A DNA stretch of 43,753 nucleotides from assembly GCA_051294375.1 (NCBI GenBank), contig CM119267.1, positions 7,029,545-7,073,297 of the forward strand, given 5' to 3'. The notes under the pieces are model-generated. The model saw nothing but the letters and a program-made list of their open reading frames with translations. It was not told the origin of the DNA and made no database searches. Positions 33,721 to 43,375 of this stretch are shown here, one piece after another (the first letter of the stretch is position 1; each line of letters begins with the position of its first letter). A program made the position numbers and the translations under genes. This stretch comes from Paraspadella gotoi (Eukaryota > Animalia > Chaetognatha).

Positions 33721-34641
33721 GCTTCTAAAAGAAGCACCCCTAAGGGTAGAGACCACCACGCTCACACCCCCAGTAAAGTGGCGAAGACCCCCATGCTCAC
33801 GCCCACCAAAGGTGGAGACCACCAAGCTCACGCCTCAACCCGTAAAAGAGCAGGGAGTCCATACCCCTTCGCTCTTCAAGGCGGAGACCACCATGCTCAC
33901 GCCTCGGCATCTACAGGGACAGGCGGAGACCACCCTACTCACACCTCGACTTCTGCGGAAACAGAAAATCCTGTCAATCAAGCCGGAAACCCCCAAGCTC
34001 TTCAAGGTCCCCTCAAGGGTGCAAGTATGTTTAAAACTTTCCTCCCCACGACCCATCCAGAGGACCTTCTTACCTAGTTTTTATTTCTCAACTACGTTCG
34101 CGACCCCTTCTTTTTAATTTTAATTGATAAGTTCGCAAAGAAAATACTCACTGAAGGTCGTGCCAACCAACGTGAAGTCAATCGATTTCAACAAGTTCCC
34201 CTCACCCTCGAAGAGGAATGGCGTATCGCCCATTTAATTAATATAAAGTAATTTCCCAATTGGCCTACCAACAAATCTAAGTTTGAGAGATATCGTCAAG
34301 AAATGAAAGATTTAGAAGCTCAAAAATGCAAAAAAATCCAAGAGAAGGCCTCACTAGCAACTAGAATTGGTTCTCCACAAATACCTACAATATCATTTAC
34401 AGCCGGCCCGCCTGGAGCAGCGATTCAAACCAGCACGATTACAACTCCAAATGAGGCCACCACGCTTTCAGTCCCGATGGAGGAAATCCTACAAATTGGC
34501 CTAAACACTGATGGCGAAGGAATGGAAGAATTAACGAGATCCCAAGAAGAGAAACTCCTTGGCCCACAACCTCAGGAAACGGCATCGGGTTCAATCGTTA
34601 CAGCCGCCTCCGGCGACTTCGGACAACCGTTTATTGGTTAG
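32700..34641 (+). pseudogene. Disrupted, intronless orphan ORF of about 600+ codons: basic N-terminal part, 14-aa repeat, Thr/Pro-rich repeats, C-terminal domain
   Basis: Track ORFs 32770, 33072, 33646 and 34303 chain together. 33646-34077 and 34303-34641 are in the same frame, separated only by TAG (34075) and TAA (34249). No family recognised. Confidence 0.55.
32968..33720 (+). repeat. 42-bp tandem array, about 18 units, encoding KKAKSERSSSE(P/L)DF
   Basis: Unit AAAAAGGCAAAATCTGAAAGATCCTCCTCTGAGC(C/T)GGACTTT; most frame breaks fall in homopolymers. Confidence 0.97.
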
Positions 34642-34805
34642 ACTTTTGCATCAACTTGCTCCTAACAAAAGAAAAAAAAATATTAAAACAAAAAAAAAAC
34701 ACAAAAAAGCCGTAGTTAGAAACTCTTAAAACATTTCAGTCTCGCGAAATTAATACTTTATGTGGAGCAATTTTTATTCCATAATTTTCCTAATATTCTT
34801 CCCCT

Positions 34806-35123
34806 TCAATACTTAGACCAACACACAAACGTACCACAAGAATTTCCAATGTCGCCCAGGAAATTTCTTTTATTCCACCAGCGGGGATTTTTGGCAAATG
34901 AATATTTAACCCCAGCTGGAGTTTTTTTGGATGAATTTGATATTTTTTGTCGATGACACCATGATTTTAAAATAGGAGCAGAATTTTCAAAAATTATAGC
35001 TTTTATATTAGGATCGACTTTTTTGTGGTCGTCTATCACAATTACACCTATGTACAGATTTTCGTGGGTATAAGCCAGACGATTAAATTCTTGAATAAAT
35101 TTTTCCCTCGGAGATTTGGACAT
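34806..35123 (-). CDS. Orphan 105-aa ORF convergent with the repeat ORF; probably longer (to about 34715) with a frameshift
   Basis: True ATG start and globular-protein-like composition (MSKSPREKFIQEFNRLAYTHENLYIGVIVIDD...); no microsatellite content. Confidence 0.4.
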   Translation of the reverse strand: MSKSPREKFIQEFNRLAYTHENLYIGVIVIDDHKKVDPNIKAIIFENSAPILKSWCHRQKISNSSKKTPAGVKYSFAKNPRWWNKRNFLGDIGNSCGTFVCWSKY

Positions 35124-36094
35124 CGTGAGGCGACTAACTTGGCAAGATTATTCTTTTGAAAATTGAGACAAGTTTTCCATATTTTTTTTCAAGGTGTAAT
35201 GTTTAGAAAATCATGAGCCTAAACAGAGTAAAAGTCAAAACAATGGTAAAACAATTCATGGTCAAAACTAACAAAAGGTGAGAAAACAATTGTATTGGTT
35301 TAGTGGCTCAAATAGGTTGACCCACTTAACGGTCAAGTGGTGGATTCGTATTGAAACAATTTGGTCGTTGTCGTCGTCGTTGTTTTTGTTAACAGATGAG
35401 CTTCTACAATTTTTAGTTTTTTATTATATTTTTTTTAGATCACAATCATTAAAAAAATTGGGAAGAAAAAGAGAGAATGAGCAGCAAAGAAAAAAAAAGN
35501 NNNNNNNNNNNNNNNNNNNNNNNNNNNNNNNNNNNNNNNNNNNNNNNNNNNNNNNNNNNNNNNNNNNNNNNNNNNNNNNNNNNNNNNNNNNNNNNNNNNT
35601 TATATAGTAATATAATAATATTAATTAGCCAATTACTCAAGGTTTGGAACATTTTTGCAAAAAAATATTTTAACATAATCATTAATATCAATAATGGATT
35701 AGTTTAATGCAGTTCCCATTAAAATTTGAATTTGGTCAGCTACCGTTACTAAGAGGAAGAGAAGAAGGTGGAGAAAGAGGGAATAAAGCGAAATAGGAGA
35801 ATGAAAAGTGGGATGAGACCGGAAGGTAAGTCGGGTGATTAAAGGAGAAAGAAAAAAAAGAGAGGAAAGTAAAGAAGGAACGTGAGAGAAAGAAAAAGTT
35901 GGAATCCGCTGGGGTCAGGGGAGAACGCGGGCCGGGTAAAAGAGGGGGGGTGGGCAACGGAGATGGAGGTAAGTAAATGGCTGTCGTGTCTGCTCTAGAG
36001 GGGAAAAAGCCGTAACCGTTATTTTCCGTTGTTTTGAGCGAAAAACAGGAAAAGGTTGGGGCAATAAAATGAATCACTCGGATGGGAAGAGGGA

Positions 36095-36152
<58 letters not shown>

Positions 36153-36336
36153 AAAGAATAACAATATTTCGATAAAATATCAAAACTACCTCCGGCTCAT
36201 AAGTTTTTCCTATATTACGACTGAGCAAAACCAAAATGTTTTAAACTTTTACAAAAAGCGACAGAAAAACGAGCAAAAATTTTGTGTCTCAAATTTGGAG
36301 GACAAAGAAATTCTCTGTGGAGCGCGAAAAAGAGAT

Positions 36337-36409
<73 letters not shown>

Positions 36410-36738
36410 GGGAGAAGAAGATATTAAGTGAAATAAAAAGAATAAAAGAAAGAGAGAAATGCAGAAAAACATAGGGACAGAAAGAGGGAATAGACAGAGA
36501 GAATGAAAAGAGAGAGATGGAGACACTGAGAGTGAGAGAGCGAGTCCCGCACTTAGTCTAATTTGCATACCAAAGGCAGAAATCTCTCTTTTTCGGAGGG
36601 AAAAAGAAAATGCAGACAACTCGAAGAAAGAAAGAAAAAAAAATTGAACATGATTTAAAATTTTTGCGCGCGGGTAGTAGTCCTACGCGCGCGTACAAGC
36701 TTAAACTAACGCACACGCTCGCTCTCTCTCTCTCCTCT

Positions 36739-36783
<45 letters not shown>

Positions 36784-36790
36784 TTTCTCT
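36095..36790. repeat. (AG)n and (CT)n microsatellite cluster
   Basis: (AG)n about 36098-36152 and 36345-36405; (CT)n about 36722-36780. Confidence 0.97.
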
Positions 36791-37150
36791 AAGTATTAAA
36801 TTTTTTTTCTTCCTCTAACTCCATCTCTCTCCCTTTTCTCTCGGGTTCTTGAAAAAAAGAATTTTTCTTCCATAAACATTAAGGAAAATTTTTCGTGAGG
36901 AGCCGGGACCAAAGAAAAAAAAAGAGGGGGAGAGAGTGAGAGGAAAAGTTGATTTGGCAGAAAGGGAATAGAGAAAGAGCAAGAGAGAGAGATGAGGCAT
37001 TGAGCACGAGAGACGAGATGAGACGAGCAGAAGAGAGCAGAAAACAAAAGTTTTCCGTTTCAAAGTTTTTTTTTTACCAAGAAAAAAATTAACTGGTAGA
37101 AAATTGTTATTCGAACGACGCGAAGGAAAAAAAAAAGACTAACGGGAATG

Positions 37151-37207
37151 GATGACAAAGAAATGAAATGATGACAAAGAAATGAAATGATGACAAAGAA
37201 ATGAAAA
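37151..37207 (+). repeat. 19-bp tandem repeat x3 (GATGACAAAGAAATGAAAT)
   Basis: Read directly. Confidence 0.93.
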
Positions 37208-37702
37208 GACACGAAAAAAAGATGACGATCGCTTATCGCGGAATTTTTCACTCAAACCGAATTATTTTTTAAATTATTTTTGGCAAACCACATACCGCCT
37301 CTCCCCTGCTTTGCCTTCAAGAAGCCATAACAGGTTAATTCGTAAAATTTAGTTGGCGCTATTAATTTGAAAAAAAAAAGTTCACTATTAATTTTTCTTA
37401 ATTATTCTTCTTTTATTCTACAATTTTATTTTGAAATTAAGAAATACTAGTAGTACTACTACCAGCGGGAAGGTCAGACGGTATAGAGGTTCAGACTGGG
37501 TGGGAAAAGCGAAGATTGACAATCGACTACGCAATGAATTCACAATGAACAATAAAGGTCATTCATGGACCAAATAGAAGTTGAACGACGTTTCATCAGA
37601 GATAGGGGCACAAAAGAACATCTAATTGTGAACATAAATATTGTTTATCTAAGTACACGATTTCCCCCTTTTTATCAAAGTCTTTATATTCTAAGAACTA
37701 CT

Positions 37703-37750
37703 GTCGTCGTCGTCTTCGTCGTCGTCGTCGTCGTCGTCGTCGTCATCGTC
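37703..37750. repeat. (GTC)n microsatellite
   Basis: Read directly. Confidence 0.95.
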
Positions 37751-39036
37751 CATTTTTTTCTTTCTCCGCGTGGGCGAAGATCGAATGTACGGTTGACCGA
37801 ACACTATGATGTTTGGTCGTTGGTCTGACTAGACTTTATTGACGTTTGGGTCTCGAATTTCTTACATATCATACATTAAATACAGGGAGTGGTCTTTTCA
37901 TACAATTGAAACATTCTTTGAAATATTTTCCACTTCATTGGTGGGGAGGCCAGGTACTCTGGGAGTGAATAAAAAAGACTGTGAGAGAGTCTTGATTGAG
38001 GGCTTGCAGGGACCTGCTATGTCATTATCTTGTAAGAGTGATGGAGGCCTTAAACCACCAAAGCCTGTTCAGGGTCAGGGGCAGGATGGCTTATTTATTA
38101 AATGAATGGATAATTTTTATATTGGTTGTACCAATTTCATATGATAGTAGGCTAATAAATTGATAATATTTGAAAGTTTTACACTAAGATAAAAATCGAA
38201 ATCTGCTATTTTTTTTTTTTACATTTTTTTTTCAGTATAATATAATTAATAGGTTTTTTTTTCGTTTCTTTCTTCCTCAGTCAATCCGGATTTCCTTTCT
38301 CTTCTCATTTACGTATTTTCTCCCTCTTTTCCTTTTTTTTTTCTTTCCCTTTTTCATTCCTTTTACGACCCAATTGTCCTTCGTCCTTTTTTTTTAAATG
38401 CACCCAAGACTCAGAAAGATCGTCTCGGCGACCACAGATTTTTTTTTCAGTCGTCCATTTATTTTGCTTTTAACTTTTCTTTTGTTTTTCTTCCTTTTTT
38501 AGGCTCCTTTACCCGTTTCTTCTGCTTTTTCCATCTAAAAGGGTGGAATTGAAAATCGAGACAAAATTTGAAAATTAACTTCTCAAAAATGTTATGGAAT
38601 TTCTCAAATATGATTTAATATTCTACTTTTTCTATGCTTTCTTTTCTGTCCATAATTCTGTCGACAATTTTTTGCGACGCAGTTTTTTTTGGAAAATTAT
38701 TCTGTTATTTTGATTTGATTTGATTTGTTTCGAGATTGATCACATGAGGCGACCGAGAGGATGGGCATTTGGCAATGGTCAGGGGAAATGTGTAGTCTAA
38801 TGTTTTACAGCTGTTCGAACCAAATATAATACTTCTACGATTTTCTACGGTCATCGTCTGGAAAAGAAGCTCAAGGCAGAATCTTTTCTCATCTCTTCGA
38901 CCTTTTCACTTCAAACTGACCCAATTTTGAATCCTTTTTTGACCTAATTTGACCCATCGACCTATTTTTTTGGCCCAGGAATAAGTCGGTCGTTCCAAAT
39001 CTCTGGAAAGTAAAAGAACCAAGCAACCGTGGCCAA

Positions 39037-39067
39037 CCCTTACCCTTTCCCTTACCCTTACCCTTCC
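39037..39067. repeat. (CCCTTA/T/C) hexamer repeat x5
   Basis: CCCTTACCCTTTCCCTTACCCTTACCCTTCC. Confidence 0.85.
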
Positions 39068-39394
39068 TCTTTCCCCTCACCTCTTTATCCTCTCCTCCTC
39101 TTACCTACCCTATTGGGGAATTCTTTTCCCTCTTTCAAAATTAATGCACATAACCGGTCCTCATTTATCCCTGGTGCATTCCTGTCCGTATAATTTTCCC
39201 GCGTCGATCAATCTTGACTCTCTTCCGTGGCCACTGGCTCTCTTTCTTTCTTTCTTTCTTTTCTTCTTAAAACTGGAATGACAGAAGAACAGTAATGAAT
39301 TAACGAATTGTCTGTTCTTAATATACTAATGCAGCAGTATAAGACTGGCTAATCCTACTACAGGCGAGTTAGAGGCCCCGTCCTACTTACGCCT

Positions 39395-39459
39395 GGCGGC
39401 CACTGGACCAGAACCCCAGACCGGGTGGCGAATGACTTGAAACCGGCTTCAATGACCCC
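39395..39459 (-). ncRNA. Shortened tRNA-like structure, unit 1
   Basis: Minus strand GGGGTCA...TGGCCGC closing stem (6 of 7 pairs), hairpins TTGAAG/TTTCAA and CTGG-GGTTCTGGT-CCAG; anticodon region deleted. Confidence 0.3.
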
Positions 39460-39603
39460 TTTGAACGGTTGGTGGTGAAGAGACAGTAATTATTGTTATG
39501 TGTTAGTGACAGAACCGTTCAATATAAGCAGTCCTTGAGCTTCGGATCAGGCTGTAACACCGTGTTACAGGCGGGTTAAGCGACCCGTCCCTCTTCACTG
39601 CTC

Positions 39604-39675
39604 GGCGACCACCGGCCAGAACCCCGGACCTTTAAGTTGGGAGGTGAATGACTTGCCTCCGGCACCAATGGCCGC
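39604..39675 (-). ncRNA. 72-nt tRNA-like element (tRNA-Gly-like pseudogene or SINE head), unit 2
   Basis: Minus strand GCGGCCA/TGGTCGC 7-bp acceptor-like stem, A-box-like TGGTGCCGGAGG, CT-CCC-AA loop and CCGG-GGTTCTGG-CCGG T-arm-like hairpin. Anticodon stem and T-loop are non-canonical. Confidence 0.4.
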
Positions 39676-40645
39676 TGATGAACGGTTGGTGGATTTTTGT
39701 GCACCATAGTGGATTTTTATACATCATCATCTAGTTTTTTATATAAATAAGTAGTATTTTCGAAATTATCCTTTACCGAAATGTTGTTTTTTCTTTTTAG
39801 GACAAAATAGCTACATACGTATCAAATCGCAGCGTTTAAACTTTGAAAAGGATAAAATACTAGCATAACTGACAAAGGGCAAAGTAAAAAGTAAAGATAA
39901 AGAAGGGGAAAGCACAAGCAGGAAAGATGGAGGGAAAAAAGGGGAAAAATAGGGATAAAAGGAAAGTAAAAGAAAGGACGAGGAGAAAAAGAGGAAAATC
40001 GGTTCCCGATGATAGAAAACTTTTAATCGAAAATTGCTTCACCATTTTTCTTTCTTTCCTTCACAAGAAAAAAAAGTTTGAAAATGTTGCATCGCGGGGA
40101 CTTTTTTGTTTAAGAACAACAAGCGTTTAATGATCATTTTGATCACAATTATTAGTAAATGTGCCAAACTTAAAATGTGCCACATTGAGTTTTTGGTGAT
40201 CACGTGATTGCAAAAGTATGAAACGTTCGCACATTAAAGTTCTCACCTGGTAAACAACTTTTCTACTAAGTAATGTTTTCTTTAAAATGATGCTTCATTC
40301 AATCATTATTTTTATTTATTACACGCGATATGCATAATTGAGAAATGAGAAAAAAATTGTACTGAACCGAGAAAAGAAGAGAAAAAAACATCAATAAAAA
40401 TAATAATCACAAAGACGATGTAAAAGTAGAAANNNNNNNNNNGTAGAAAAGAAGAAACTTTTTTTCTTCCCTTTCTTCCCTCCAACCCGAAACGTCGATG
40501 TATTCTTAATGGGCAGAGAAAAGTATGGGTTTCAACTTAAACCTTCTGGGCTCAGAAACGGTTTTTTTTTTCCCTTGAGCCTTTATCGGTTGTTTCCCGG
40601 GTTTTGACCAGATGCTCCCCTCGGTCGCGTGACCCTCGCGAGGTG

Positions 40646-40942
40646 GGCATCAGGCAAAAGTTCGGAAGACTTTCACTATTCGGCTGGCATCAGGCGAAAG
40701 TCAGAAGACTTTCACTATTCAGCTGGCATCAGGCGAAAGTCAGAAGACTTTTACTATTCGGCTGGCATCAGGCAAAAGTCAGAAGACCCTCACTATTCGG
40801 CTGGCATCAGGCAAAAGTCAAAAGACTTTCACTATTTGGCTGGCATCAGGCGAAAGTCAGAAGACTTTCACTATTCGGCTGGCATCAGGCGAAAGTTCGG
40901 AAGACTTTCACTATTTGGCTGGCATTAGGCGAACGTCAGAAA
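40646..40942 (+). repeat. 39-bp minisatellite, 7.5 units, each with an internal hairpin
   Basis: GGCATCAGGCGAAAGTCAGAAGACTTTCACTATTCGGCT at 40646, 40686, 40725, 40764, 40803, 40842, 40881 and 40921; GAAAGTC-AGAA-GACTTTC stem-loop. Confidence 0.97.
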
Positions 40943-41259
40943 GATATCGGATAAAAATCAGAACGTTGTTAATGTTACTGAATAGTGGGCATCGGAAAAG
41001 TTCATTGTACCATGGGCACCAGGCAAACGTCTAGAGGGTATCAGTAGGTAGCCAATAAGTTGGTATCTGGCCAAAAATGTCCGAGAGCGCATATCCGTGA
41101 GACTAACGTTTTACCGTTTTACTCTCGATTAATTTTTTTTTTTTCAATTTAATCGATTAAATTTTCTTCCCATATTATCTTTCAGTTGCAATCATTTCTA
41201 TTACGTTCGACCTTTCACGCTGTCCCGTTAATCCTTATCTAATTTTGTTACCCCTTAAC

Positions 41260-41400
41260 CATCCGCCCTCTCGCCTCTCTCCCTTCTCCCTGGGTCACGT
41301 GATCAACGCCAGATGTCCGATGGTTTCGCGCGCGATTTCCATTTAATCCTGGCGCTTTTCTCTCGTCATCGCGATCTCATCCGCCGAGCGATTCCCCCCC
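41260..41400. promoter_or_regulatory. CpG-rich patch with extended E-box GTCACGTGA (41294-41302); possible promoter
   Basis: Motif matches the USF/TFEB-type consensus. A second TCACGTGA at 40200 and a YY1-like AAATGGCGGC at 42429-42438 lie nearby. Short motifs, so chance matches are possible. Confidence 0.25.
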
Positions 41401-42983
41401 CCCAATTGATTTTTTTCCCCATTTTCTTCATGAATACCGATTCCGCCAACTATGAGATTGAAATAACAGTGAGAAAAGGAGTTCGCTATGTCCCTGGGAC
41501 GCATTTGATAGACAGGTCATATTTAGTATGACCAATCCCCCGGTACGCCGGTCTTATCCCCAACCTGTCGATTTCATCCCCGACCGTTCCCTTTTGTCCA
41601 CCGATCAGATCCCTGACCGATCCACAACCGGTCAAAGAACTCGTTTTTTTTTATCGATGAATCCGAAATGTAACGAGATTTTTATCGAAAAACAAAAATC
41701 GATCTTGGATTTTTTTATTTGCGCCGGGAGAATTCGACTTTGTAAGTATTTTGGTCGGTCGGTCCGTTGGTTTATCCCGCTTGTACTTTAAATATGAATC
41801 TATTATTTGATTAATACTTAATTATTTTTGATAATAATTTGATGATAATTAATAGTTACATGTTTTTGCTATTAAATGATCATTTACAAATTTGGTAATA
41901 TAATAATATAATACTAAATTTATACATTAATAGTATTTTAATACATTGCAAAGAGGTTAGGTATCATTAATTTTGTTTGTGCCATATGCAAATGATTTTT
42001 ACTGGAAAAACGTATACTGTACAAAGTTAAGGCGGTGCAACAGGTAGAATTTGCCAGTTTTTTGTTTTTTTTTGTTTCTTTTTTCAATGAATACGATTTC
42101 GCTTTATCGATTTATCGTTAATAATTGATTAAGACAGAATGAAAATATTTTTTTTCCCAGGATCGATAGCTAAACCGAACGAATCTCCAGAGAAATTTTA
42201 CGTCATGGAATGGTTAATACTTTATAGTATGTAAATAATATAGCTAAATATAAAATCAAAGAAAACTCTATCGCTTACTTAATAACCAAATTACGAAATA
42301 ATAACAATCTACTAGTATAAAAAAATTTTACTTTGAATCAAAAACGATCAAACAGCGAGACGGACTGACAGTCAAATGAAAAACAAACAGAGCTAAACCA
42401 ACTAAAAAACAAATATCCTTAAAATTCGAAATGGCGGCTCAAAAAAAAAAAATCATCCGGAGCATCAGACGATTCGCGCAATTTTCAAAACGGTCTCGCG
42501 GGAACAAACCGGATAAAAACCGGATAAAAATCGGATAAAAAACGAATAAAAAGGCTTTTTAACGCGAGAAGAGGAAAAAACGGGAAAAAAAAACGAAAGA
42601 AAAAAAAAGAAAGAAAAATGACGGAATATTAATNNNNNNNNNNNNNNNNNNNNNNNNNNNNNNNNNNNNNNNNNNNNNNNNNNNNNNNNNNNNNNNNNNN
42701 NNNNNNNNNNNNNNNNNNNNNNNNNNNNNNNNNNNNNNNNNNNNNNNNNNNNNNNNNNNNNNNNNNNNNNNNNNNNNNNNNNNNNNNNNNNNNNNNNNNN
42801 NNNNNNNNNNNNNNNNNNNNNNNNNNNNNNNNNNNNNNNNNNNNNNNNNNNNNNNNNNNNNNNNNNNNTGTCCGGGTACCATAATTCTTTATAAGCTTGG
42901 AATTCCAATGGTCTTTGGAATCGTAATTAAGCTAAGTAGCCTCATGAATCAAATTTCCGGTCCGACTGTGAAACTACGCCACG

Positions 42984-43019
42984 ACTGCCGCCGCCGCCGC
43001 CACCGCCGCCTCCGCCGCC
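42984..43019. repeat. (GCC)n microsatellite
   Basis: Read directly. Confidence 0.9.
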
Positions 43020-43253
43020 AATGCAGTACTATCGTCGTGCAATCAAAGACTTTCAAATTGTATTCAATTCCTTTTTTGTTTTTTGTTTTCACATCTTTTA
43101 TTTACGAAAAGGCCCCGCCGAATCATCTATACCAAATATATTTTAAACAAAATAATTAATAATTAGCGATTAACTTCAAAATTGCGCATCAAAGTCGTCC
43201 ATAATGCAGAAAGTGTGAATAAATGCCAGGAGAGAGAGAGAGAGAGATAGAGA

Positions 43254-43287
<34 letters not shown>

Positions 43288-43375
43288 AAATATTGCTTTT
43301 ATCGTTTCATGAATATTAATGAAAAATCCGGGATTTAGTCTATCACGACTCTTCAATAATTGAGAGGACCCCAAG

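Larger units (their letters stand above)
39284..39692. repeat. Two diverged tandem units (~200-215 bp) with conserved GC-rich cores
   Basis: Cores 39359-39475 and 39566-39692 share TACAGGCGRGTTA, CCCGTCC, CCAGAACCCCRGACC, GAATGACTTG, CCGGC, CAATG and TGAACGGTTGGTGG. Confidence 0.9.

Noticed and set aside
33008-33737. Minus-strand ORFs (LKSSSEEDLSDFAF repeats)
   Set aside because: Antisense shadow of the 42-bp array; only the plus strand links to protein-like flanks.
39326-39348. Twister ribozyme (TAATGCAGC followed by a hairpin)
   Set aside because: Downstream P4 loop (GGT...AAGCC) and GCAGAG partner are absent; motif not kept in unit 2.
39615-39652. RNase MRP RNA (CCCCGGACC...GGG resemblance)
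   Set aside because: Lacks the GAAAGT of CR-I and a downstream GGGGCT to form P4.
39604-39675. Functional tRNA-Gly(CCC)
   Set aside because: Anticodon stem does not pair canonically and the T-loop lacks TTCRA; kept only as tRNA-like.
40646-40942. CRISPR array (palindromic repeat of CRISPR-like size)
   Set aside because: Units are contiguous with no unique spacers; no cas genes; eukaryotic context.
40646-40942. Tandem hammerhead ribozyme on the minus strand (CTGATG...GAAA plus stem)
   Set aside because: Core is CTGATGC rather than CTGANGA, and no stem II can form before GAAA.
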